Origin: Calditrichales bacterium
GTDB lineage: Bacteria > Calditrichota > Calditrichia > Calditrichales > J004
Length of the DNA stretch: 64,000 nt
Direction: 5' to 3'
Assembly (NCBI GenBank): GCA_965267575.1
Contig: OZ254086.1
Span: 4,608,001 to 4,672,000 of the forward strand
Shown here: positions 39,501 through 46,871 of the stretch, one piece after another
How positions within the stretch are numbered: the first letter of the stretch is position 1
How the letters are laid out: every line of letters begins with the position of its first letter
Position numbers and translations under genes: made by a program
Notes under the pieces: generated by a model
Database searches by the model: none
What the model was told of the DNA's origin: nothing
What the model saw: only the letters and a program-made list of their open reading frames with translations

Positions 39501-39724
39501 CCGGAAATGGCCAGTTCCACCGGCAGGGTAATCTGCTGCTCGATTTCGGCAGGGTTCAGCGCCGGGGCGTTGGTGTTTACCTGCACTTGCACCGGCGTCG
39601 TATCCGGGAAGGCGTCCACCGACGTCATAAACATGGCGCGCAGGCCAAAACCCAGGCCAACCGCAAACAACACAATAACCAGCAGCCTGTTATTCAAACA
39701 AAAATCAATCAACTTATTAAGCAT
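36599..39724 (-). CDS. czcA: CusA/CzcA-family heavy-metal RND efflux transporter
   Basis: DAFPDTTPVQVQV, GAIDFGIIVDG, RLRPVLATA, EVQRPLATVVIGG; 1041 aa. Confidence 0.93.
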   Translation of the reverse strand: MLNKLIDFCLNNRLLVIVLFAVGLGFGLRAMFMTSVDAFPDTTPVQVQVNTNAPALNPAEIEQQITLPVELAISGLPGLTNVRSVSKFGFSQIVATFDDDTHIYDARQLILERLGSVELPQGIERPQLGPISTGLGEVFHYLVRSDNPERTLDELRTLHDWVVKPELRKVAGVAEINSWGGFEKQYHVIVAPEKLVEYGLTFNDIFSALEENNHNVGGGQVVTSGEALLVHGIGRVSTVEQIENIVIKAEKSIPVRVRDVANVNIGHEIRRGVVSAQGEGEVVLGLGFMLMGENSKEVTEELRERLLAVKASLPDDVILEVVYDRIELVDEVISTVTHNLVIGAILVVLVLFLLLGNLRAGLLVAITIPMAMLFAFLGMYEFSIAASLLSLGAIDFGIIVDGSVVMTESNMRGMAEKQKELGRPLSKKERLATILSSSKDVLRPIVFGMGIILLVFVPILTLESIEGKMFRPMALTFIFAMLGAMLVAIVLNPILSYYVLPARIRENKSRLMQAIDSGYSRLLERIMRRRNYVFTGVAVMLLLTIFLSGRLGGEFVPQLKEGAIVINTIRLAGVDVSESVSYNTLIEQLLLENFPDEIRNIWSRVGSAEVATDPMGTELTDIFIALHPRDQWKQADSQEELVRKMEQVLGDLPGLNMVFTQPIEMRLNEMVAGIRSDVGIKIFGDDFEELVRLSDDIQRILLDIEGSADISGEQITGQPTLQVEVDRQKIERHGIAARDVLDVIEAVGTRRVGDIFEGQRRFPLAVRLPDAQRSDPEALANTLIPGENGALLPLRMLTDVRETEGPSTINREWGRRLIKVQCNVRDRDVASFVREAQQRINEEIELPPGYVIEWSGQFEHLIRSRERFALVIPLTLALIFLLLYFSLRRWRDVLIIYTGIPFAAIGGVMALWLRGIPFSVSAAVGFIALSGIAVLNGQVLVSAIRKFSREGVQIGQAVVLAAKQRLRPVLATAITDAAGFIPMAISTGVGAEVQRPLATVVIGGVFTSTLLTLVVLPLIYRWLEERKSKKNQQISKPPQKA

Positions 39725-39755
39725 ATCAAAATCCTGTTATCTTGCCGTTCTTCCC

Positions 39756-41333
39756 TTATTCATCCACACAACCGGCGCCAAGGCGCGCCTTGAGAAACTC
39801 TGATTTCACCGTAAAACTGTGTTCCGCTACGACCAGGTCTTCCTTTGAAAGGCCGTCTATGATTTCCGCGTATTTACCGTTCTTTGCACCCATGTGGACT
39901 CTGCGCACTTCATACAGATCATCCTCTACTTTGGTAAAAACAAACTCCGCGCGATCGGGACCAAAGCGATGCAGCGATTCCACCGGTACATACAAGCCGG
40001 CCGCAAGGCGTTTTGAATCTATCCGCACCTCCCCGAACATGCCGTGCTTCAATCGGTTATCCGGGTTGGGGACAACGGCGCGACCTTTCAGCATGCGTGT
40101 CTGCGGGTCGATACCGGACGATACCCAGGTGATTTTCCCGTGGACGCGTGTGCCGGGCAAAATATCAAACAGCGCTTCGACAGAATCACCCACGGAAACA
40201 TGCGCGCTACGGTCTTCGGGAATGGAGAGTTCCAGCCACATGCTGGAAAGATCGGCGATGGTGAAAGCAATTGCTCCGGGCCCGATAGTCTCGCCAACAA
40301 CGGCCTGCCGCTCGATCAATGTGCCGGAGAAAGGGGCGCGGACAAATAGCTTTGATGTGGTAGATCGCGTCTCGGCGATGCGTTCGATATCCGCACTACT
40401 GAAACCGTAATTGAGTAGCCGCTGGTAGGTGGCGGCCGCGTTGCTTTTGGCCAGTTCGTACTCGGTGGCAGCAATATCGTAATCACCCTTTGATGCAATC
40501 TTTTCTTGAATGAGCTCTTTTTTGCGCTCAAAGGCTGTCTTTTTCAAAGCTTCGTTGGCGCGGGCAACCAGGTAAGCGCTCTTGGCTTCAGCAATCTCCG
40601 GTGAAAGCACTTCCAACAACACCTGGCCCTTTTGGACCATGTCGCCAACATCCGCAAGCACACTCTGGATGACCCCGCCGGCCAAAGGCGTAACCCGCGC
40701 AAAAGCATTCTGGTTATAGGTCACGCGGCAGAGCAGCGAAAGCTCCGCAAGCCCTTCGCCCGGAACCGGATTGGTAAGACCGATACCTGCTTTCTGCGCC
40801 GATTGTGTTGTGGCGAAACGGATCTTCAAACCCTGGCCCGGCTGCAGTTCATCGGCAAGCTCCGGGTGGCAGATGCCGCACTCACTTTCCGAGACATCGT
40901 GTTCAAGGCACCACAAATCAGCATGCGCCAGTCCTTTATCGCTATGCTCACCACTGGCAGTGGTTTCTTCAATGGGTGCCGCCTTCTTCTCCTTCAATTC
41001 CGGATGACAAAAGATGCACTCATCTTCATACAAGTTATGCTCCTTGCACCACAGGCGGCTTTCGTCCTTTATCTCCGGGTGGCACAAAAAGCAGCGGTCT
41101 TCATAACGATTGTGCTCCTTACACCATAAACGGTCGGGGTCGCGCAGAGCGGGATCGCACATGAAGCAATCTTCCACGGGAAGATCATGGGTCGCACACA
41201 ATTCACCCTGTACGACAGCCTGTGCTTCACTATGGTTCTCTTCCGAAGGCGTATTGCTGCATGCACTAAGTACAAAACTCGCGATGAGCGTTGCCAATAT
41301 TGCAGCCGGCGATGATGTTTGTAATTTTTTCAT
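39756..41333 (-). CDS. czcB: RND periplasmic adaptor (CzcB-like) lipoprotein with N-terminal Cys/His repeats
   Basis: LSAC lipobox; VRAPFSG, IADLSSMW, IDPQTR, LKHGMF; four C-x2-H-x6-C-x2-C units. Confidence 0.88.
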   Translation of the reverse strand: MKKLQTSSPAAILATLIASFVLSACSNTPSEENHSEAQAVVQGELCATHDLPVEDCFMCDPALRDPDRLWCKEHNRYEDRCFLCHPEIKDESRLWCKEHNLYEDECIFCHPELKEKKAAPIEETTASGEHSDKGLAHADLWCLEHDVSESECGICHPELADELQPGQGLKIRFATTQSAQKAGIGLTNPVPGEGLAELSLLCRVTYNQNAFARVTPLAGGVIQSVLADVGDMVQKGQVLLEVLSPEIAEAKSAYLVARANEALKKTAFERKKELIQEKIASKGDYDIAATEYELAKSNAAATYQRLLNYGFSSADIERIAETRSTTSKLFVRAPFSGTLIERQAVVGETIGPGAIAFTIADLSSMWLELSIPEDRSAHVSVGDSVEALFDILPGTRVHGKITWVSSGIDPQTRMLKGRAVVPNPDNRLKHGMFGEVRIDSKRLAAGLYVPVESLHRFGPDRAEFVFTKVEDDLYEVRRVHMGAKNGKYAEIIDGLSKEDLVVAEHSFTVKSEFLKARLGAGCVDE

Positions 41334-41358
41334 CGTTTAAACTCCACGATTTAACAAA

Positions 41359-42633
41359 TTAATTTATAAGGGTCACAGCACCGGCTTTTTCCAGCGCGGC
41401 CAAGGCCGTGTAATAACGGGCTAGGGCGTCAATGTAACTTTGCCTGACCTCGATCAGCGTTTTCTGTGCTTCAAGCAGCTGGAGGTAGCCCACCTCGCCC
41501 TGCTCGTAGCTGCGCAAGGCGATCCGGTAGACCTCGTCGGCCTGCTGCAGCAGGGTAGCGCGAAAATTTTCAAGCTGCTTTTTGGCGGCGTGAAAATGGG
41601 CGTAAGCTTCGTCGATTTCGGTCAGCAGTTTCAGGCGTTCCGCGCTGTGCAGGTTTTTCTGTATGGCCAGCGTGGCGCCCGCCTGCTGAATTTCCCCGCG
41701 CTGCCGGAATACAAACCACAGCGGGATTTGCAGGCCAATTTCAGCACCATAAAAATCGGGATCACCGCCAATGTTCTGACGGAACAGGGAAACCTTGAAA
41801 TCAGGCAAAAGTGATCCCCAGGCCAGGTTGCGCGAGATACCGGCAGCATCTACCCACAGCTGCGATTCCAATAGCAGCGGATGGTTGTTTCGGGCATGCT
41901 GGCGGACCTCCTGCAGCGAAACATCCACCGGCTGGTAACGCAATGAATCGGCAACAATTAGTCCCGATTGTGCTGTATGCCCAAGCGTACTATTGAGACG
42001 CGCAGCAGCAGCCTTGAGCGCGCTTTGTTTTTCCTGCAGCTGGTTTTGGGCTTGCGCCAGTTCCACGCCGGCACGCACCGCTTCTATGGCAGGGGCTTCA
42101 CCCACACGGCGCCGGATTTCAACTTTGTCCACAAATTGCCGGGCCAGTTCAACACGTTCACGGGCCAACACTAATCCGTCCCGGGCGGCGAGATAATCGT
42201 AGTAGCCACGAATAACTTCGGCTCGCAACTCCAGTCGGCTTTCGTCAAAGTGCTTTTCACTGATCTGCACGTTGCGGTTGGCCAGGCGATTACGCCAATA
42301 CATGTTCAGCGGAAATTCCGCTTCCTGCGAAAAGGCGATCTTGCGGCTGCCGAATTTGTCCAGGCCTTCGCCTTCGGGAATGCCCTCCCACTCCACGGAA
42401 ATTTCGGGATTGGCAAACCACCATGTTGTCCAGCCGCGGCCTCTGGCGGCATCAATTTCACCGCCCGCGGCTTTAAGGCCGGGGTTGTTTTGTTCTGCAA
42501 ACGATAAGGCTGTTTGCAAGGTCAGCTGTATCGCTTCCTGCGCCATGGCAGAGTTCGCCACGATACAAGAAAACAGAATCAGCCGGACCGCTATCCTGCG
42601 TAGTTGCACGATAACATCTCCTTGATTCATCAT
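41359..42633 (-). CDS. czcC: TolC-family outer membrane efflux protein (CzcC-like)
   Basis: NNPGLKAA, QIPLW, YEQGEVGYLQLLEAQ; lies upstream of the adaptor and RND genes. Confidence 0.88.
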   Translation of the reverse strand: MMNQGDVIVQLRRIAVRLILFSCIVANSAMAQEAIQLTLQTALSFAEQNNPGLKAAGGEIDAARGRGWTTWWFANPEISVEWEGIPEGEGLDKFGSRKIAFSQEAEFPLNMYWRNRLANRNVQISEKHFDESRLELRAEVIRGYYDYLAARDGLVLARERVELARQFVDKVEIRRRVGEAPAIEAVRAGVELAQAQNQLQEKQSALKAAAARLNSTLGHTAQSGLIVADSLRYQPVDVSLQEVRQHARNNHPLLLESQLWVDAAGISRNLAWGSLLPDFKVSLFRQNIGGDPDFYGAEIGLQIPLWFVFRQRGEIQQAGATLAIQKNLHSAERLKLLTEIDEAYAHFHAAKKQLENFRATLLQQADEVYRIALRSYEQGEVGYLQLLEAQKTLIEVRQSYIDALARYYTALAALEKAGAVTLIN

Positions 42634-42762
42634 GTTCTGTAAAACTGAAGATTGTTTTGTTTATAAAATGCAACGGAGAAAAGCAGACTGAACCTAAGGG
42701 ACGTACTTTTCCCGGGTTGAATTGCAGCAAGGCTTACTTCCGATGCAAAAAGGGATTGGCGT

Positions 42763-43107
42763 TTAGCCTTTGGGGATGTGGTCGATGCGGGTGACTGGTG
42801 TGGTGGGCGCAACGGGTGTTTCGGAAAACACATGGTTGTCTGAAAAAATGTAAGAGAACGAAACGATTTCCGGCACATTATAGGAAACGAAGCAGGCGCA
42901 CTGGCAGGAATCTTCCCGATCCGGTTCCGCGGGCTTGTCATTGTGTTCTTCGTTTTCCAGGGTGCTGCACAGCGGCGTTTGGCAGATCTCTTCGCTGTCA
43001 CCCTCCAGGCATTGGCTGTCCGGGCAGATGGCCAGACCGGCAACATGCAGCAGCAAAACCATAAAAGCAACGATACGCAGATGTGTGTTCAGTTTTCCGA
43101 AAATCAT
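42763..43107 (-). CDS. Small Cys/His-rich protein preceding the efflux operon (CzcI/DUF2946-like)
   Basis: Hydrophobic N-terminus, CPDSQC, CQTPLC, CQCAC, Pro-rich tail RIDHIPKG. Confidence 0.65.
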   Translation of the reverse strand: MIFGKLNTHLRIVAFMVLLLHVAGLAICPDSQCLEGDSEEICQTPLCSTLENEEHNDKPAEPDREDSCQCACFVSYNVPEIVSFSYIFSDNHVFSETPVAPTTPVTRIDHIPKG

Positions 43108-43299
43108 TTTGTTATTTACTTGTATTTATAAGGCGAAAATATAAACGTGTGAAAACACAATTCCAAACACGCTAACAGCGTTGATTGTTGCACTTGTTTT
43201 CAACCAGCGGTTGCGCCGACTGCAAGCCAAAAAGTTTCAAGATACCAAACCAGATATAGATAATGCCCAGCAATCGCAGCAAAAAATCGGCAAAAGGTA

Positions 43300-43323
43300 A
43301 AATGTTACCATTATGTTACCACT
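43300..43323. repeat. Putative integrase arm-type site (right)
   Basis: Identical to 20551-20574. Confidence 0.7.
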
Positions 43324-43327
43324 AAAT

Positions 43328-43374
43328 AAAAAAAGGGTCTGCGCCGCTTCCCCTCATAACGTCGCAAACCCTTG
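43328..43374 (-). terminator. tRNA terminator hairpin
   Basis: Minus strand AAGGGTTTGCG...CGCAGACCCTTTTTTT. Confidence 0.7.
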
Positions 43375-43381
43375 TAATTAC

Positions 43382-43470
43382 TGGTACCAGAGGGGGGACT
43401 CGAACCCCCACTCGGTATCACCCGAAACGGATTTTGAGTCCGCCGCGTCTACCAATTCCGCCACTCTGGC
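43382..43470 (-). tRNA. tRNA-Leu (anticodon CAA)
   Basis: GCCAGAG-TGGCGGAATTGGTAGACGC-GGCGGA-CTCAAAA-TCCGT-long variable arm-GGGGG-TTCGAGT-CCCCC-CTCTGGT-ACCA. Confidence 0.97.
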
Positions 43471-43528
43471 ATATCGTTTTCAAAAGCTTTTAAATGTAGG
43501 AGTCTCTTTCATAAAAGTCAACGCACAA

Positions 43529-44590
43529 TCAGGCCCTGATCATCGGCAATCTAAAATAAAATGTGGAGCCTCCGCCCGGCGTCTCACGCACGCCAATATG
43601 TCCTTCATGCGCCTCTACCAGCGTACGTGCGATGTACAAACCCAGGCCAAATCCCTTACGCTGCTTTTTGGGAACGCGGAAATACTTGCTGAACACCTGC
43701 CCGGCATCCGCACTGCTAATTCCCCCACCCTCATCGGCCACGGAAATTTCCACAAAAGATTGTCCTTTTTCTTCAATAACTCCTGCGCTTATCTGGATAC
43801 TGCCGTCCGCCGGGCTATGTTGAATGGCATTACTGATCAGGTTGGTTAAAACGCGGTTAAGGGCCTGGCGGTCCGCCTGCAGCTCAATATCTTCATCCGG
43901 AAAATTAAAACGAAATTTAAGATTCCTGGAATCGGCCTGGACCCACAGGTTCTGGATAACTTCGTGCACAAGCTTCTTTACAAAAAAGCGCGAGCGCAGC
44001 AGCTTAACGGCACCCTCTTCATAACGCAGCACATCGCCAAGCTCATCAATCATATCCACCATCATATCCGAAATGCGTTCGGCGTTGTCTATCAACTGTT
44101 GCTGGCCTTCATTCAACTTCCCGAAAACCTCATCCTGTAAAAGCTCCAGATAGCTCAGTATGCTTTGGAAAGGCGAACGCAGGTCATGAATGAGCATGGC
44201 GGCATATTCGCTTTGCCGTCGGGCTTTTTGGTGAATTCGGAACAGGCCTTTAAAAAAATCGCCGGGAGCAGCACATGTTAAAATATGTTTTTCCGTCAGA
44301 AACAGGTCCAGTTCGCCAATCTCCATGGAGCTTTGAGGAGCTATGCCCACGAAAAGCGAACTCTCTTTAACCAAGCGCGTGGACTTGAAAAACTGCCTGA
44401 CGCTTTCACGGTCATCAGTGTCATAAAAAAAGAAAATGACATCGCACTTATGGCGAAAAAACCGTTGCTGCAGATCTTCGCAATCTTCAAACTTCTCGAC
44501 GTCCATATTCAATTCTACTAATGCATCCAGGCATTTTTGGGCACTGTCGTTAATGCCCTTCGAGTAAACCAGTACGCTCTGGCTTTCCAT
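43529..44590 (-). CDS. Cytoplasmic sensor histidine kinase
   Basis: IHDLRSP, NLISNAIQH, DEGGGI, GFGLGL. Confidence 0.9.
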   Translation of the reverse strand: MESQSVLVYSKGINDSAQKCLDALVELNMDVEKFEDCEDLQQRFFRHKCDVIFFFYDTDDRESVRQFFKSTRLVKESSLFVGIAPQSSMEIGELDLFLTEKHILTCAAPGDFFKGLFRIHQKARRQSEYAAMLIHDLRSPFQSILSYLELLQDEVFGKLNEGQQQLIDNAERISDMMVDMIDELGDVLRYEEGAVKLLRSRFFVKKLVHEVIQNLWVQADSRNLKFRFNFPDEDIELQADRQALNRVLTNLISNAIQHSPADGSIQISAGVIEEKGQSFVEISVADEGGGISSADAGQVFSKYFRVPKKQRKGFGLGLYIARTLVEAHEGHIGVRETPGGGSTFYFRLPMIRA

Positions 44591-44591
44591 C

Positions 44592-45374
44592 TTACTTGCC
44601 TTTAAAATTAGCTTTTCGTTTTTCCAAAAAAGCCGTTGTCCCTTCCTTCATATCTTCCGTGGTAAAGCACATGCCAAAATAATTGGCCTCCATATCCAAT
44701 GCTTCATTTAACGCCATGCTTCCGCCTTTGTTTACGGCTTCAATGCTATAACGCACAGCCAGCGGCGCTTTTTCCAAAATCTTTCCGACTGTCTTCATCC
44801 CTTCGTCCAAAAGCTCTTCCGCCCTGCAAACCTTGTTCACCAGCCCCATTTCCAAAGCACGTTCGGCGCCAACCATATCGCCGCTCAACAAAAGCTCCAT
44901 CGCCGGCCCTTTGCCTACCAGCCTGGGCAGACGTTGCGTGCCGCCGTAGCCTGCAACCAATCCCAGGTTTACCTCAGGCTGGCCGAAGCGCGCGTTCTCA
45001 GAAGCATATCTGAAGTGGCACGCCATCGCCAGCTCGCAACCGCCGCCAAGGGCAAAACCATTTACCAACGCAATAACGGGCTTGGGGCAATTTTCAATCT
45101 TGTTGAATATATGCTGCCCCCTGCGCGATAAAGCGATGGCCTCATTCATGGCAAGGCCGCCAAAGCCTGAAATATCCGCGCCGGCCACAAATGCCTTTCC
45201 ACCGGAACCCGTAATCAAAACGCCGCCAACAGAAGCATCATCATAAACGCGTTGCATGGCGTTCTCAAGCTCGTCCAGCGTCTCCGCGTTCAGGGCGTTC
45301 AACTTATCCGGGCGATTTATGGTGATAGTAGCTATAGCTCCCTTTTGCTCAAATAAAATATTAGAGTAAGTCAT
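44592..45374 (-). CDS. Enoyl-CoA hydratase/crotonase
   Basis: NRPDKLNAL, AFVAGADI, GFALGGGCEL, GQPEVNLG; ATG 45374 with GGAGG RBS. Confidence 0.93.
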   Translation of the reverse strand: MTYSNILFEQKGAIATITINRPDKLNALNAETLDELENAMQRVYDDASVGGVLITGSGGKAFVAGADISGFGGLAMNEAIALSRRGQHIFNKIENCPKPVIALVNGFALGGGCELAMACHFRYASENARFGQPEVNLGLVAGYGGTQRLPRLVGKGPAMELLLSGDMVGAERALEMGLVNKVCRAEELLDEGMKTVGKILEKAPLAVRYSIEAVNKGGSMALNEALDMEANYFGMCFTTEDMKEGTTAFLEKRKANFKGK

Positions 45375-45574
45375 TACCAGTCCTCCCAGGATGTCACAAA
45401 TTGATGATAAATTTTGCAAAAGTTCTAATATATAAAATTAATTTTGTGTAAGGAATCTAACACGGTGATTGGAAAGTGCGGGTGGCTCAAAAAGACAATC
45501 GACAAGAATAAAAAAGGGGAAGCTGCACAAATTAAGGAGGCCTGGTATGATCCGTGCAACTTCCCCGGAGAACA

Positions 45575-46639
45575 TTACAAAAGTTCCACTCTGCTCTGAT
45601 CTCCTATCAAGAAACGGTGTGTTGCCGGTTTTGTTCCGGCTTTGACGATTTCCACATCATTTCCAAGGAGGCTGTGTTCAATTCTTATGTCCACATCCAT
45701 AATCTTACAATCCTTTAAAATGATGGAAAATTCCACCTCGCTGTTTGTAATCCTGCAATCATCATAGATTGAGGTGAACGGTCCGATGTAGCTGTTGTCA
45801 ATAACCGTGTTCCTGCCGATGATGGCCGGGCCGCGCACCGTGGAGTTTATAATCTGCGCGCCCTTTTCCAGTATCACTTTCCCGGAAACGAAAGAGTTAT
45901 CGTCGATTGTGCCGTCAAGGCGCGGCGTTGCGTTATCCAGAATAAGGCGGTTGGCTTCCAGCAAATCATATGGCTTACCGGTATCTTTCCACCAGCCGGT
46001 GATTTCGGAGTAGCTGATGCTGTAGCCCTTGTCCAGCAGGTACTGGTGCGCGTCTGATATTTCCAGCTCGCCGCGGGCGCTGGGTTTAATGTTGTTCACC
46101 GCTTCAAAAATAGTTTTGTCATACAGGTAAATCCCGGAAACGGCAAACTCGCTTTTTGGCTTTTTGGGCTTTTCTTCAATGGACACGATGCGTCCGTCTT
46201 TCAGTTCCGGTACGCCGAAGCGCTCCGGGTCTTTTACATGCGCCAGCGTTAAGTGGCAATTGCTGCCGCTGGACTCAAAGGCATCTACAAAACGCTTTAA
46301 ACCGCCCACTACCATATTGTCGCCCAGGTAAAAAACAAAAGGCTCATCGCCGATAAAGTCCTGGGAAATTTTCACCACATGCGCCAGACCCAGCGGCGCC
46401 TCCTGCGGAATGTAGCTGATCTTAACGCCCCATGCGTCACCGTTACCGATGGCTTTGGGAACCGCGTCGGAATCGGCGCTGTAAACGATACCGATCTCCT
46501 TGATGCCGGCTTCAACGGCATAATCGATGGCGTAGTGTAGAATGGGTTTGTTGGCAATAGGAATAAGATGTTTGTTTTGCGTGTGGGTCAGGGGCCGGAG
46601 ACGCGTTCCCCGCCCGCCGCTTGTAATAAGAGCTTTCAC
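45575..46639 (-). CDS. Glucose-1-phosphate thymidylyltransferase (long form)
   Basis: GGRGTRLRPLT, QEAPLGLAH, LGDN, PSARGELEI, WWKDTG, C-terminal hexapeptide repeats; GTG start 46639. Confidence 0.93.
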   Translation of the reverse strand: MKALITSGGRGTRLRPLTHTQNKHLIPIANKPILHYAIDYAVEAGIKEIGIVYSADSDAVPKAIGNGDAWGVKISYIPQEAPLGLAHVVKISQDFIGDEPFVFYLGDNMVVGGLKRFVDAFESSGSNCHLTLAHVKDPERFGVPELKDGRIVSIEEKPKKPKSEFAVSGIYLYDKTIFEAVNNIKPSARGELEISDAHQYLLDKGYSISYSEITGWWKDTGKPYDLLEANRLILDNATPRLDGTIDDNSFVSGKVILEKGAQIINSTVRGPAIIGRNTVIDNSYIGPFTSIYDDCRITNSEVEFSIILKDCKIMDVDIRIEHSLLGNDVEIVKAGTKPATHRFLIGDQSRVELL

Positions 46640-46718
46640 ACAATTCTCCACGGTTTTGGGTTTCGGTATTGAAATAATTTACGTTATTTTAGATTTATTA
46701 TCGAACCGGAGGAAGAAG

Positions 46719-46848
46719 ATTGAATTGTTGAAGTATTGAATTTGTGAATTCTAGAGACTGCCTCTCCAGGTAATCCAAATTTTCAAATCAATAATTCAGT
46801 AATTCGGCAATTCAGCAATTCAGCAATTCAGCAATTCAAAAAATCAAT
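46719..46848. repeat. Inverted arrays of 8-bp repeats (nnTGAATT x4 ... AATTCAGC x6)
   Basis: attgaatt gttgaagt attgaatt tgtgaatt, a short spacer, then aattcagt aattcggc aattcagc aattcagc aattcagc aattcaaa. Confidence 0.85.
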
Positions 46849-46871
46849 AGTTAACCCCAAAAGGAAACATC

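Larger units (their letters stand above)
20378..43442. mobile_element. ~23-kb genomic island integrated at the 3' end of tRNA-Leu(CAA), no integrase recognised
   Basis: Flanking tRNA direct repeat, identical 24-bp motif inside both ends, accessory cargo and visible composition shifts. Confidence 0.85.

Noticed and set aside
43313..43849. 178-aa plus-strand ORF
   Set aside because: Antisense to the tRNA and the kinase gene; WYQRGDSNP is a typical tRNA translation artefact.
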